This document shows, one piece after another, positions 1 to 13,367 of a stretch of DNA of 64,000 nucleotides. Numbering within the stretch: the stretch's first letter is position 1; each line of letters opens with the position of its first letter. The stretch is from Balanoglossus misakiensis (Eukaryota; Animalia; Hemichordata). Below the pieces are notes generated by a model. That model saw only the letters and a list, made by a program, of their open reading frames with translations, was not told the DNA's origin and made no database searches. The stretch lies in assembly GCA_040954595.2 (NCBI GenBank), contig CM082578.2:3144831-3208830 (forward strand), read 5' to 3'. Both the position numbers and the translations under genes were made by a program.

Positions 1-527
1 AAAAATCAACGAATTATTCATACAATATGCAAAGTTTTGCATAATTATTGTTTTATTGTTGCTATTTTGTGTTTATACAACCAAAAAAAGTTGTTGATGT
101 AAACATGTAGTTTAGTTTCATTGTTTAAGGAGGTACGTGAACATTTCTTTGATGCTATTCATGTGAGAATTGCGATCCTTGGCGGCCATATTTGATTTGC
201 CAAAACGAGGCCCTTATCTCAAAAAGATCTTTTGGGAACAGGCATTTTCGAAATCAGCGTAGTCGAATTGACCAAAAAACATATTTGGTTTGCTTGTGCC
301 AAAAATGCCAGAGTGGGTCACAATTTCTCAAATCTCCACCTGCCTAAATTTACATGTATACATTTGGGGACATTAATTTACTGTTAGTTATACATAGCCC
401 ATATTTTGTTTTTTGTTCAAACCTGCAAGCGATTTTGCTAGAATGACGAAAAGTGATGGTTTACTGGTATATTGAAATATGTAGAATAATAGAATCTCAC
501 ACTCCCAAGGACCTGGGATCATATTTC

Positions 528-1903
528 TCACACAAGAACTACGCTGCTCGGGGGTTCACAACGAGATGTGCCTGTCGATATATGTGACATGGCATATTGC
601 TGTTTGTCAGACAACTTGCTGTAGTTATTGACTGACTGCACGTTTCTATGCGTACTTTTCTGCATTATATGCGTTGGTGGCACGTTGTTGTCGTTCAGTT
701 TCTGGAGCAAGTATTTCCTGGCACTTGTATTGGTGGTGCGTTTTCCGCGACCAGATAATACACTATGTTCGGCCATGCATGTTTTTCATTATTTGGGCAA
801 TCGTATTCAGGCCCATTGCTTGACGCTTGAACCAAACTATATCAGACGGTTTGGAATTTGTCCTGATGGCTAAGTAGAATGGAGTGTCTGGGCCCATAAA
901 ATCGCTTTGATGCGTACAACTTATAAAGAGAAACGGGGCATTTTTTTGTCATATTTGTGGCTTTACAGGGCGGACATCGCTCACATTTTCGCCAGTTCTA
1001 GTCTTAGTCTGGTGCTCAGTTGTCATTTGAATTAATTCTCTACCATCAGCATTCTCGTTTTAGTTTAACATCGCCCCAACATAACGACCCATGTTCTTTA
1101 ACTGCCCTCATTCCAAAATGCAACATATTGTGTATTTATGACCGAATGGGGTGTATGGCCGCCGAGTTGCCCATCAGCATACAGCTTATATCTACATCGT
1201 CATCAGTCAGAGTATCGGCTTTGAATGGTAGATTCCCCTTACCATGTTTTCGGAGGTTTTTCTGTTTCGCTTTCAATTTTTCTCGTGAAGAGAAAAAATC
1301 GATACTTGTCACCAACGATACTCCATATTTGGCCCAGCGGAGATGTCTTTCTAAACTACTAAACATCCCTTGTAAAGAGGATGGTTCGTAGTCAGAACCA
1401 TCCTCCTTCCGAACAACACAGAGAAAATTACAAACGAAGGGGTCGAGCTCGCTCGGCGGAATATCAGAAATTTCGCGATGTTCGCCAAGTTCGGTCAGGT
1501 ACTGTTGGAATAGCGTTACATGACATTTAGTCTTTCGTACCGTGTCACTATTCTGTTGATCGTCTACGAAATGGTCAATATCGGTGGACGACAATGCAGC
1601 AAATCCAGAATGTTTCCGGGTCGACGAACCGTCAGGTAATGGTACGGGCGGTGATGCATCTGGCTCGAACTCAGCGAAGAGCTTCACTGCTGAAACCTCA
1701 ACTTCAGCTCCAGACAAGACATCCATCAGGACAAACTGGCGATATGTTCCCAAGGGCCTAATTTCGTGGGATATCTGGAAAATACGGCCGTTTTTCGCGA
1801 GTCTGTCACCAACCACGTACACCATTATCCGAAGGTAACACAAATTGCACAAGTCGTCTGCACATGACCTGATCACATTGTAGTTCCGGTTCGCGTACAA
1901 CAT
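528..1903 (-). pseudogene. Decayed Crypton-type tyrosine recombinase (DUF3504 / ZMYM-QRICH1-KCTD1-like), split by frameshifts
   Basis: ORF 1136-1903 has the Crypton N-terminal/core motifs (ELDPFVCNFLCVVRKEDGSDYEPSSLQGMFSSLERHL, LRKHGKGN). ORF 528-776 has the catalytic C-terminal pattern in degenerate form (TNTSARK for NHSxR, IMQKSTHRNVQSVNNYS for IMxxTGH...Y). Short imperfect inverted repeats flank it (atctcacactc ~493, gagtgtgggat ~2024). Confidence 0.8.
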
Positions 1904-2279
1904 TGTAGTTCTGGTTCGTGTACAACACGTTTGTATAATATTTGCTCGTTCTGAGGGGAACGAATATCGTTATCCAATCAGAGCTCGTGTCATATAACAG
2001 TTGTCTGTGTGCGCATTGACACCGAGTGTGGGATCGATTTGATCATATAGTACATAATGTACCTTACAAGTGCAGTTGAAGTGGAGATTTGCACCTTTCG
2101 TTTCTCTGTTGGAACTTCGTTGTTGTACGGTATCTTTTGAGACTTTTTACGTCCTGTTGTGCCGTTTCAGGTCTTGACGACCATTTCATAAAACCGAGCA
2201 GGAATTTATGTGTGTGCGTGTTATGTATGTACATGTATGTACAAATGTATCTGAGTAAAGTAAGGGTATAGTTGGAGAA

Positions 2280-2656
2280 ACGAAATGCGGTATAATTTCT
2301 ATAGCGTTGTTTCGTGGGTCAATCGACTCACTCATCAGGAGACTAAACTGGCGAAAACACAAAGGGGAGACGTGGTTATATGGAGGTACACAGGTGGTGG
2401 AATGTTGGTTGGGATGGGCATTTTTGCATAACAATGTGTAGCTGGTGATATGATTGTGTTGTGTGGGGAGTTTCTTCCGTAACAATGCTTTGTGTCTGTG
2501 TCGACATGAGGACACAAGTTCGTTTCTTTTATTGAATGTGGAAAGTGCTGAGTTGCGAACGATAAAAAAATTATCTGTTAAGCAGAGGTTGCACCGTTTG
2601 GTAGTGCTGCCATATGGATTGGCTTTGTGGCTAATGACTTTTTTTGAAATGTCCAA
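2280..2656 (-). mobile_element. Penelope-like element 3' remnant (C-terminal end of the GIY-YIG region plus 3' UTR)
   Basis: Translation PYGSTTKRCNLCLTDNFFI...FNKRNELVSSCRHRHK matches the typical PLE C-terminus (KRCNLCLxEK...LNKRxELxxxCRH). A hammerhead-like motif follows downstream. Confidence 0.7.
2290..2345 (-). ncRNA. Degenerate minimal type-I hammerhead ribozyme associated with a Penelope-like element
   Basis: Minus strand reads AGTCTC-CTGATGA-GTGAGTC-GATT-GACCCAC-GAAAC-AACGCT-ATA-GAAATT. Core boxes CUGAUGA and GAAAC are intact and stem II has one mismatch. Stem III, the cleavage triplet and the 3' strand of stem I are eroded. Confidence 0.6.
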
Positions 2657-3703
2657 ACAAATATATACAATACATATGCATTGTAAATCATATCAGGTTC
2701 CCATCACGAAGACAAAATACAGAAACTGATCACCGTACCTCCCCTCGAACTATCAAATACTAGAATAATTTACCCGCATTGTGACAGCAGAAACTCTTTT
2801 TCAGAGTCAAAGTGGCAACTGTCTTGGAATGAACCACTTTGTGTATCTATTTAGAAATTCGTTTGCGCACACCAAGCAAAATCTTCAACTTGATTGAGGG
2901 GTGGCTAGTTTATGAAGAAGAAGACGAAGCAACTATTTCATCATTATATTAATGATAAAATACTTCACGCGCTCGCTTCATTTTTTACACTTTGATTTAT
3001 TTGACAACATTTTTACAGTAAATCATCATTTCATACAGAGGTGAATATAGTCGACTAAACAGACCAACTATCTCACAGAGAATAGATTACAATCTAATCA
3101 TTTCATGTAAAAGAGAGCAAAAATTAACCAATCAAATAACATTTTACAGAACGAAGCGGATTACAGTCCAAATCGGGTGCGTGTATATAGTAAGCGAATC
3201 AAATGAACTCTTACAGACCGAAGAGAATACAATTTAATTTGATCATTTCATACAGGTGAGTTCATTGGTCAACCACAAATTGGAACAAAAACAAACGTGC
3301 TCATAAACACAATGTTTGACCTTAAATGCTATTATGAAGTTGTTGCAAGTCGGGTATTTTATAATGCGAATTTTAAGGTCATCGTCAGAATATACCATCA
3401 AACACGGATAAAATTATTAAATGACAGGTGAAAATGTTCTAATGTCGGACCTTACATTATTTTACATTTCAATATCCGTTCTGCATGTCATAACATGAAA
3501 TGTGAAATTTCGAAGTGTCATGTAAAGTGAAAAAGACGGTTAAAATTTTTTTCTTAAACCATTAAAACATACAAAATTTAAACAAAGTGATATTCTTTTT
3601 CGAAGTTATTTCGCTCACGTAATACACAAAGTCTGTCCATTCTGTCGATATTAAACGTTCTGTCAGTTTCCATTTTAAATAATGAAATGAGCATCTTAAT
3701 CGT

Positions 3704-3764
3704 TAGTCTGGTCCCCTGCCCCATTCCCACCGCTGGCTGCGCTATGGGGCAGGGGACCAGACTA
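3704..3764. repeat. 61-bp mini inverted-repeat element with TAG...CTA termini (Academ-like MITE possible)
   Basis: About 20-bp perfect TIR: tagtctggtcccctgcccca / tggggcaggggaccagacta. Confidence 0.5.
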
Positions 3765-4266
3765 CTTAGTCGTGCCAACATTTTCACATGCATGCTTATA
3801 AACTTAAAAAAAAGCGAGAGGTACTTTTCGGGTACACGTGATGTTTTAAATCGGTTACATGCATATGAAAGTTTACCAGTTGTACAAATTTAAAGATTTC
3901 CCACTAATGAATTCATAAAGCTTTTGTCATGAAGTATTTCTTGTTTGTCCCATAAAGGGTTATACGTCTTGTTGATTACATTGAAAAAGAATATAATTTA
4001 TACATGTTTTATCTAAAATTCAGGTTCAACCAAATAAAATATTTTACAACGTAAAAATAACAGTAATAGAATAAAGGCGAAAATTACTTTACTTTATTTT
4101 TGTTACATAAACATTGTAGCAGTTTCTTTTGTGGCTTTCTAAAGATTATTGAACGTCCGTTAGACCACTGGAAATAAAATTAGCATTTGTAGATCGTCAA
4201 ATATTAAGTACAACTGCCTCAGATTGTGTTGGCTGGCCATCCCAGCCGTTTTAACTTTACATACCC

Positions 4267-4356
4267 CGCATTCTCGTGATGTCTGTATTTTGACTTTGTG
4301 CTTCTTTAGACTCGTTGCTTCGCAACTCGTCAAAATACGGACATCACGAGAATGCG
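4267..4356. repeat. Palindrome with CGAG-TTGC-GAA-GCAA-CGAG tip (minus strand)
   Basis: Arms cgcattctcgtgatgtctgtattttga / tcaaaatacggacatcacgagaatgcg. The tip lies at 4311-4329, with a short insertion in the left arm. Confidence 0.7.
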
Positions 4357-5260
4357 TCGCGTTATCGACCAAAATTCGTGTAATAACCCCTTTATCATAC
4401 ATGCCGACCTATAACAGTCCGATTTGCGAAAGTGCGCCGAGAAAAACAATTTCACGGCCAGAAATTTGAACCGGGCGCCCTTGGATCACGGCAGTCCACC
4501 AAGTGAGACATGGCGATGCGATCAGGTGATCAACGTGTAGGCCGTAGTATTATTCTAAGAGGGTTGGCAGCTTTCATTAAGGATGGGCACATCCGCGTTC
4601 TAAATACAATTGTCTACGTTCTCTTTCAAAATATCTTGTTAACAATTATGTCGCATTGAGAATTCCGAAGAAGCAAAAATGATACATTCAACATGACAAA
4701 ACCGCCAGCTTTGAAAACTTTACTACAGCTTCTAATAACCGAATTTTACAACAGCCCTCTCCACTAGAGTCTTATGCCCCGTACGTCGCTCTTGCGCGCA
4801 GCGAACTGTCGCGCCGATCACTGAGTCAACGCTGTGTGATGATTACTGCGCGTTGTCAAAAATAGTTCGAGACGCGGTATTTCACCGAGTGAAATAACGT
4901 ATAATATTTTCACTGCGAGAACAATACAAAGTGCCAAATACAGGCGTTGCATGTATGATAATCTTTATTATTTGGAGCATTTGTCCCCAAAGCGTCGTTT
5001 TCATCAATGACAAAACACATATATATTTTTTTTCGTGGGGGGGGGGCGCATTATCCGCCAATGGACATACACGAATAGGGTAGAATTCACGAGCAGCCAT
5101 GGCACTCACAGTTCATCAAACACATCACAAAAAATTATCGATGCCAGAAATGGTCGCTTTGATTTATTATTAGCTAATATGCACCATACTCGAATTACAA
5201 TGGATTAAAGAGTGGGTGTTGCCATTAGCAAAATCCGATATGACAGTTAGCATTCCCACC

Positions 5261-7563
5261 TTAGCCAGTACGCGCAGTGTTAGAGTCTCCTTCGGTTTTA
5301 CAACAGAGGCCACGATACAGGCCGACTGTTCGCATGCGCAGCAGAAACGCCCCGAAAATGAAAACGCCCTGCAAGGTATTGGCAAGGATGAAAATGTAAT
5401 CCAAAACATCGGCCTGAAAGAAGCCGTCCACAAAACCAATAATCCATGTCAACCCCATAACAGTAGACATCTTGATAGAAAAGATTACATGTTGAGCCGT
5501 GTACGATGTCTGTCGATGCTTTTTCATTTCTCTTTCCGACGCTAACATGGAGAACACAGTGTATATTAAGCAAACGACATTGAAAAGAACAATGAGGCCA
5601 ACAGGGCCGAGGAACGTGACAATCAAAGGCGTCAGCCGACCGATCCAACATACAGGACCCTCACTGTAACCAACTCGGAAACCATACGGAGCAGTATGAT
5701 CTAAAACTACACAGACTCCAACGAAACCGAATGGTAGCAACCAGGCATACAGACAGTAGTACACAAATATGTTGCTATTCCCCAAATCGGCGCGGGTCAG
5801 TTGTGTGCGCATGTACACGATGTCAAAGGCCATAACACTCATCCAAGAGAATGCTGCCAGCCAAATGTAGTGCGAAACAATAGCAGCTGTTTTGCACAGC
5901 CATGCAATCGCTGTCCAGTCTAAGACCGTGATAAACAACAGCTGTGCGATCAAAAGTGCTATGGCTAAGTTTAGTATAATCTTTCCTGGACGTGTTCTCA
6001 TCTGTTTGAAAAGAGAGATTGTGATGGTTGTGACAAAAAGACAGACTATGGACAGAAGACATCCAACAAGAGTTAATAACTGTTTGAGGTTTGTTTTTAA
6101 CTTCTTGTTCCAAAATGTGGTCATTCTTTTCTTGGACTGACATACGAAGGCTTGGGAACGGTCTTTCGATAGAACAAACTTTTCCTTTGGATATACCGAT
6201 GATTCAACTGAAAGAACGTCGTCGCTTACTCGGAAATTGCCTTCAGAAAATCTCAAAATCACTCCTTCTGTACAACTCGTTATAAAATCATCAACGTTTC
6301 TGTTGGGATATTTGCACGTTGTGACCATTAGCTGTATATCTGGTGAGGATGGACTTGTATGTGTGTAATGGCATGATTTAGACACAAATAATTGGGAGCT
6401 GTACTTCCATGTTACATTAGCCATTAAGTCTTCATTTTCAGTTATGTTGGTGTACTTAAATGTGCGAGTCTCAAATGTGACTTGATCGGATTTGTTGCTA
6501 CAACTGGGTTTCAACATTTCAAAAGTGACCGACCTGACGATAAAGTCCATCATCAGCAATTCTGAGCCTACTTGAAACCAGGTTGTTTTACAAGCTGTTG
6601 GGAGAAAATCATCTGTAATATTTGATTCAACGTAAACAAGAAGAGACACAGTTACAAGAAGATCATCAAATTCCTCTGTTCTGTCACAATTGTAATGTGA
6701 GTTGGAAATGTTATGTGTGTAAATAACAGACAGATTTCGTATCAGTGACGTCACGGTTTTTTCGAGGTTGAACAAATCACAGGCTTCCACTTCCGACAGC
6801 AAAGAAACGCGAAAAGTGAGCAAAATGGCGGTGTGTTTATCGTGAGCTGACATTACAAAGGAGTCATTTAGCTCTGCCCGTTCAGGGAAGAGATTCATTT
6901 TCAATTTCGTTACCATGCCTAAATTATCGTTATCAAACATTGGTCTCAAAACACATTTTCCTTGGAACACATCAAAGATTCGGCCATGTTCGCAGTTCCA
7001 TTGCTCTTGAACAATATCCAAATTTGTAGTAGACAGTCGATGTTCTCCCTGTGCGTTGAAGTCGAACAGTATATCAAATGTGGGGAGTCGTGAATCGGTT
7101 ATCTTCTCAAGTGGAGGTAAACCGCATGTGATATATGGAGAATATATATCAACGTCATTGCATATTGCACAATGAATGTTCTTGTAATACGTTTTTCTCC
7201 TACCTGTTGCCGCTACACTAATTACTGCTGAATATCTGCGACACAGATCAACAATTGTATCGTTGTGGTAATCAACACTGCATGTATCAACGGACGTGAA
7301 ACATGCAGTTATACCGTGCCTGAGACTGTCATCGATTTTCGGCATCCTTGAACACGATTGGGATGACTCCGCGAAGGAGATAGAAGAGGAAATATTAGTC
7401 CCAAAATCGTGCATCAATCCTGCTTCTCTCGTGCACTCCCACAGTAACGACGAAAAATGTAGGCTTGATTCATTCACACCATTACAAATAGCGCAGTAGA
7501 TATTGTTGTACACCACTTCACCGACAGAGTCAATCATTGGAGTCGCATCCAAAATGGACGCAT
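5261..7563 (-). CDS. Family-B (secretin/adhesion/Methuselah-like) GPCR, coding exon 2: Cys-rich ectodomain plus 7TM
   Basis: Long open ORF with YNNIYCAICN/YKNIHCAICN repeats and a 7tm_2-type region (LTLVGCLLSIVCL, CKTAAIVSHYIWLAAFSWMSVMAFD, YAWLLP, CWI, MGLTWIIG, NTLQGVFIF). The acceptor ttttatgacag|AT at 7564 is in phase 1 with the upstream donor. Confidence 0.9.
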
Positions 7564-8587
7564 CTGTCATAAAAATGCAAAATACATTTTTACGTTGTTA
7601 GCAAGGCCCGTGAGTCGGAATTAGCCCTTTCCTCTTTGATTCGAATCCGCCTTAAAACAAAAACTTGTATTGCAGAACCGTTGTGGTTTGTAAACAACAT
7701 TCTATAGTCTCCCCAGTAGGAATGGCGTAATTCTCGAACAAACGACGTTGCCAAACTTGCATATATACCGCTAGTTACGGTTGATGACGTAGAACAGGGG
7801 GTATGTGGATTTTTTTCTGTCCAGGCCTACGCCACACCTGTGGAAATATGGGTCAGTTCATGTGATAACATGGCAGTATATGTAAATATAATTAATTTTA
7901 CTTAGTCAGTAACAAGACTAATCTCAGAAATTGAAATACACAGAAAAGGGATAATACCAGCTTTATCTGTAGATTTAGTCCTGTTTGCAAAGGTACCTTC
8001 AATTTTAGGCTTCTGCATCATTGTGTCAATATTACAGCGTGGGGAGGGCAACTTTGCGATTTGTAGCCTGCACGACGAACGGTGAGCTCTGACCATAGTA
8101 TTGATGATACCCGAACCGAACATTCTCTGTGCATGCAAGCTCGTTTTTCGATTATGATTTATAAACCACAAGAATAGTGTAAAACGAGATAATGCAACAA
8201 ATCGTAAATAAACGTATTCGGTCAAACATCGTGAAGATTGGCTTATTTCACCTTGAGTTATAGTTAGGATATATCGATGAAATGTTCTAGGGTAAGTCAT
8301 CTCGATGGACATGTCACACGATCGCTCTTGGACGGGCACTTTGTGTTTCCCCGGTTTAAAATCAGATGTAGGGTACGGCGACGCCTTTTACTTACGCTGT
8401 AACGGTATTCTTATACTATAGGCGACAGCGTGAATTAAAAACGTCGCCGTACCTTACATTTGATTTTAATCAAATTGTCGGCAGACGTGACAGCGGGAAC
8501 CTTTAACGTGCATCGCTTAGATGTTTTGCAAAGCAGAGCCGAAAAGTTCAACCTGACAAAATGTGAGAAAAGTAACATTGGTCTTAC

Positions 8588-9407
8588 CACTGGCGGTTTC
8601 ACACTGTTGTCGGACATTCTCGTGTGGCCAGTCTCTTGGACATTTGCGCGTCGCCATGACGTTATACCTTCCACCAGCAGCGGGCATACAATATTCTGGC
8701 AGCCATATTTCATCCGGGTCAGGCACCTGTCTACTGTCACCAAAGCATCTGTCTATGTAGTCGTGACAGCAGTCTTCACGCACTAAGCATTCAGGCTCGC
8801 AGCTACACATCGAATTGTCATAATCTCTCAATTTCACGGTGGCTGGGCCATTGCAAACAAGGCCCCTCGACGTGAGGCACGAATCCATACGAAATCCCGT
8901 GTTTGGATAACGGCACTGCAGTGACTCTGCATCCAAATAATAATCGAGAGGAGTTAGAGTTGGCGCGGCTGTGCTGCTTGACGTCGCTGGCGGTCGGGAA
9001 CGTGTCATTGATGATGATGAGAAGGATTTCGCCGTAGTCGTTAAGGTTTCCGTTCCGTGGGACTTTGGTTGACTGGTTGTTGTCAGAGGCCTCCCGGGGA
9101 CGAAAGAGTCTTCAATCGTTGTCGACTGCAATTTAGAACGACCCGTCGCTAGATCTGAGGCTACGCTAGGCTTGGGTGTAGTGCTTAGTGGAGATATTGG
9201 CACGGTCTTCGTGATTATTCTGGGGGTGTGTCGAGATGGTTTTGTGACAGGCGCGCTCGTGAAGTCATCATCATGTTTCTTGTTCGTCATTCCAGTGGAA
9301 CTCGAGGGTGTCGTTCCATAGCCTGTATCAGTGGTACGCGTCCATGCCATCATCGTATCTCCTTTGATGATTAAAACCAAGCAGCAAAAACACCAGACTG
9401 CTTTCAT
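8588..9407 (-). CDS. Same GPCR, coding exon 1: signal peptide, Ser/Thr-rich mucin-like stalk, somatomedin-B-like domain
   Basis: MKAVWCFCCLVLIIKG signal peptide, T/S/P-rich tract and CSCEPECLVREDCCHDY (SMB-like). Donor AGTG|gtaaga at 8587 is phase 1 and gives G+AT=Asp. An acceptor ttccag at 9427 implies an upstream non-coding exon. Confidence 0.85.
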
Positions 9408-10073
9408 AATGTATGCGTCATTCAATCTGGAATAACACCCAGAAAGAAAGAATTTAAGAATAAGGCAAAATTGATTTTGATGATTTCTGAAATTTATTCA
9501 CACCCCGACTAAAAATCACACCAAACCTGCAACACGTAATAGAGCGACCCGATGTCCGTAATCACGTAAAATCATAACAAGAAAGCAGCCAATACTATGC
9601 AAACATAAACATATCAAGACATCAGAGTACGTTTTACTATTATGTTTGACTCTGTGAAGTTTAATCAACGACCCACTGCTACGTTGCACACAATGTAGAT
9701 CAGTTTTAGTACTTTCTTGTAATTATCGTTTTCCACCTCCTCGTTCCAAAAATACAAATACGAGCATTATCTATGGTGTTGTTACAGTCGCCGTGCACGA
9801 CGCTGAGCGCAACAATTGCATGCAGAGGAAACGTAATCGAATTTTCGAGCTTTGATTCTATTCGCAAGTAAATGCATTTTAAGTGTATATGCATTTGCGT
9901 ATCATTAAAAATCCGCTTGCACTTTAGTATACTTACCACAATTGAGAACATATGTTTTGTTCAGTCAGTTGCGTGATTCACCTATCTTAGTGGCTTGTTC
10001 TGAGTGCTCCCTGAAAATCTTCCCTCAAAAGATTCGTCTAGAGTAAGCTTTGATAACAGATTCGAGGTATATG

Positions 10074-10078
<5 letters not shown>

Positions 10079-10105
<27 letters not shown>
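10079..10105. repeat. (TG)n microsatellite
   Basis: Direct read. Confidence 0.9.
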
Positions 10106-10554
10106 GTGTTGGTAAATAATGAAATTGATTGGTCGACGTCTTCAAGGCTGATATTTTCATAATGTGCTTCCTAAGATATGGACTAGCCAATAGAAATCAG
10201 ACAACTGTACATAAATTCATATTAACGGTACAACCACTTTTATCCATCATTAAATTCAGTACAATTTTCTACAAAATTATACTAAATAAAATTATCACCA
10301 AATTAGCTTGTATTACGTTAATCCGATACGTCTACAACACGCTTCGCTTCGATATGATGCTTGATTACATAGAAACCGACATGTAACAAGGTTGGCTGTT
10401 TTACTTTTTAACAACACCCGCATACCTTGCAAAATTCTGCTTACTTTCCGTTGCTGTTCAGCAGATGTGCGTTTACAATGTCGGACGACTTCACTTCGGT
10501 ATCAATTCTTTTCGCAATGGCAGGGAAGGGCAGGTTTCTCGTGCTTAGATGAGC

Positions 10555-13367
10555 CCCTTTGCGGCTGTAAGCTTAAAGTGGAACGTTGTGATCCGTTTTT
10601 GAGCCAATTCTGCGAAATGCGATTAAAAAGTACTATGAAAAACGTTGGTTTCATTCACTTTCACTTACGCATAACAGAGCTACAGCCAGCCAAAAACTGC
10701 GCGAAACCGTAAGTGACGTCAGCAACTTGTGGTACCGTTGTCCGCTGCCGACGCGTTGGAGCGAGCTTATGCTTATACACGCCTGCACTCGCGCGACCGA
10801 CGACGTTAGCATGGCAACATATTCTTGGGTAGTAGGCTACAATTTTGAACCAGAGATTCCCTTCTACGACCAAGCGACTGAATTTTACAGAGGACAAAAG
10901 TTCATGCAGTTCTGATCTCCTATGTGTCCCGTTTGTCAAGGCTTACACTTGGTGTGGTTTCAGTGAAACCATAGACCCTAGGGTCTATGGTGAAACAGAC
11001 AATGCTGTTAACAATACCCTCCCTTGTTGTCTCTCCCTCGTTGTCACCTTTTCGAACCACTTTTCTTAAAAAATACTTTGTCACCTTTTATGGAGTTGAA
11101 AAGAACGCAGGTGCATCGTCCTGCTCTCCAGGTGTAGTACGTCCGTAGTATAATGGAAGCTAATACCATAGTTATTCTATGCATGTTTCGTCTCTTGAAA
11201 TGTATTAAAACTGCCCTTTTTAGTTGCTTTCATTTGATAACTATGCGATCGTCAATAAATGGAAATTAAACCCAAATACGTGTACCAAAAAACGTGCGGG
11301 AAATATTTAAAACGGTACGTTTATTATTATCAGCGGCAGTTAGAACAACTTTGTATAGGCCTTACGGTTTGTTCATAAACGTCGACATGCATGGCATCGT
11401 GGACATTGCAGGGTCTATGTCTGCACGCATCGACAAATACAATACACGTAGAGCATTGCCTTTGAAAGAAACTTATCCCCGTCGATTTTCCCAATATGTT
11501 TTTAAAATCATTAACTTGACATTTCGCCATGTCAGATCCGCGCAAAATGTGTATGTTTATTGGAAATGACACGTCGAACATGTAAGAGCGCTGCGCGTCG
11601 ACTGCAACGCAAGTTGCTGACGTCACTGTAGTATTTTCAACTCGCGTCTTCTGCTTGCGCAGGAAGTGAAAGTGAATTAACCCATCGGAACGTTGCCGTT
11701 TTTGACACCCGGTTTGTACTTTGAAGCCCACAATTGTGGGTGTCTTTCCACTTTTTAATGGTCACATTTTCAATTTCATTTCAACGCCATTGTTACCGGG
11801 TTGTAGTCGTTCGCATGATCATCTGTATTAAATGTTGGCAACTTTGCGTGGGAGTGAATCGGACATTTTAAACGTGGATTTTCTTCTCCATAACTGTGTG
11901 CTCTGGATGGAAGATTTTTGAAAACGTATGCATCCTCTGGGCGATTGCTTTCGAGTCTGGTCGAACAATGGCGTGTTTAACTGGTGGAAACAATGGAGAT
12001 TACTCGCATATACCTATTACAGCCGCATGACGCACGTGCCCCATCTATAATTGCCACGTTTCCTCTAAGTTATTATCTGATACATATACTTTAAAGACTC
12101 TCCAGGTGTTACATCTACTTTTTTCGCGGGGATTTCACGGACATTTGTCACCGCGAACGTTCTTTGCTGGCGTAAGGTATGAGAATATATGCAAGTCGGC
12201 CTCTTTTGTCATTATATGCCCCTAAATACTTTCATTTTACATATGGATACACTTTGTCATGCTTTCACATCTGCCTGTTGGCGTTCTTAGACGATCCTGT
12301 CCACCGTGAGTTCTACGCTTTAGAAATTCAGCTCAAGAAATCTCTGGGGATTTCAGGAAAGAAGCTCTATCCGGTCGTACATTTATAGACGTCAATAAAT
12401 CCTAATTGCAAGACCGCTTGGAGAAATGAAATGAAAGTCAACAAATGAATTCTCTGTGGATTCCCGGAGTAAGGACACGCTGTTTTGCTTTCCCTTGAGC
12501 AGTAACAAAAACCGCGTTAAAAGTTCGGCGAGTTCTATGTACAACTGTATCAGCAACGCACCGTTCCATCTCGAACCGTGCAATGCGGTTTAGCATGTAC
12601 AACATGTACATGTACCAGATCAGTACCCGAACCGTATCGTACCGTACCTGAAACGTATCGTAGTGTATCCGGACCGTACCGTATCGTAATGTATCTGTAT
12701 CTGTACGATTCCTTTTTTTGACACACACTGTATGTAAGAAATTACGTACAAAAAACGATACCACAGTACAGGAGCTCGCTTGGTATAAGTACACTGGAAA
12801 CTTTAAAAATGGAAAAAGGAGGGGGGGGGAGCACAAAGGCAAAGCATACATGTACATATAGAGTCGTTCTTTCACGGAAAACAAAGGGGGTTTGTGAATT
12901 TACAGTCTTTGTGTGGTAATGTAGGAGTGGGTTTCACGTCCAGTTCGCTAGTCGTATCGAAACGTCGCTAATTTTTGCCACTCAGAATTAGAAGCAAGAC
13001 AGACTTTGGAAAACGCCAGTCGCTGCATGGCGAGTGATATTTTGTCCAGACACACACACTTCTACAATACAAAACCCATACACAACAAACACACATACCA
13101 TGAGTAACCACATCCAATCTACACAATCCCAAAAACACAAAAAATTGTTCATTCTCATTTCGACATTCTACGAAAATCAACTCGCTGCAAAACTGTCATC
13201 CCTGAGATTCCAATCATAGCTCATGGCTGTATGAAAAGCTTGCGCGACCTCCTATAATAGTCCAGCAGACTTCTACAAATGTAATTCAACCAGGGGATGT
13301 AACATGTGTTAATGCTCCACAAACACCACACATTTGCGACGCCACACTTTTAACACAAAGCATGTGT
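10555..13367. repeat. Tandem segmental duplication, copy 1 (2813 bp)
   Basis: 10555-12612 recurs at 13368-15425 and 12613-13365 recurs at ~17238-17989, with only scattered substitutions. Spurious ORFs are duplicated in the track at an offset of 2813. Confidence 0.95.

Noticed and set aside
4440-4510. tRNA/SINE-like B-box (ggttcaaat) on the minus strand
   Set aside because: No convincing cloverleaf or A-box.
11661-11676. ETS-IRF-like motif aggaagtgaaagtgaa (also in copy 2)
   Set aside because: It is a short motif with no independent support.
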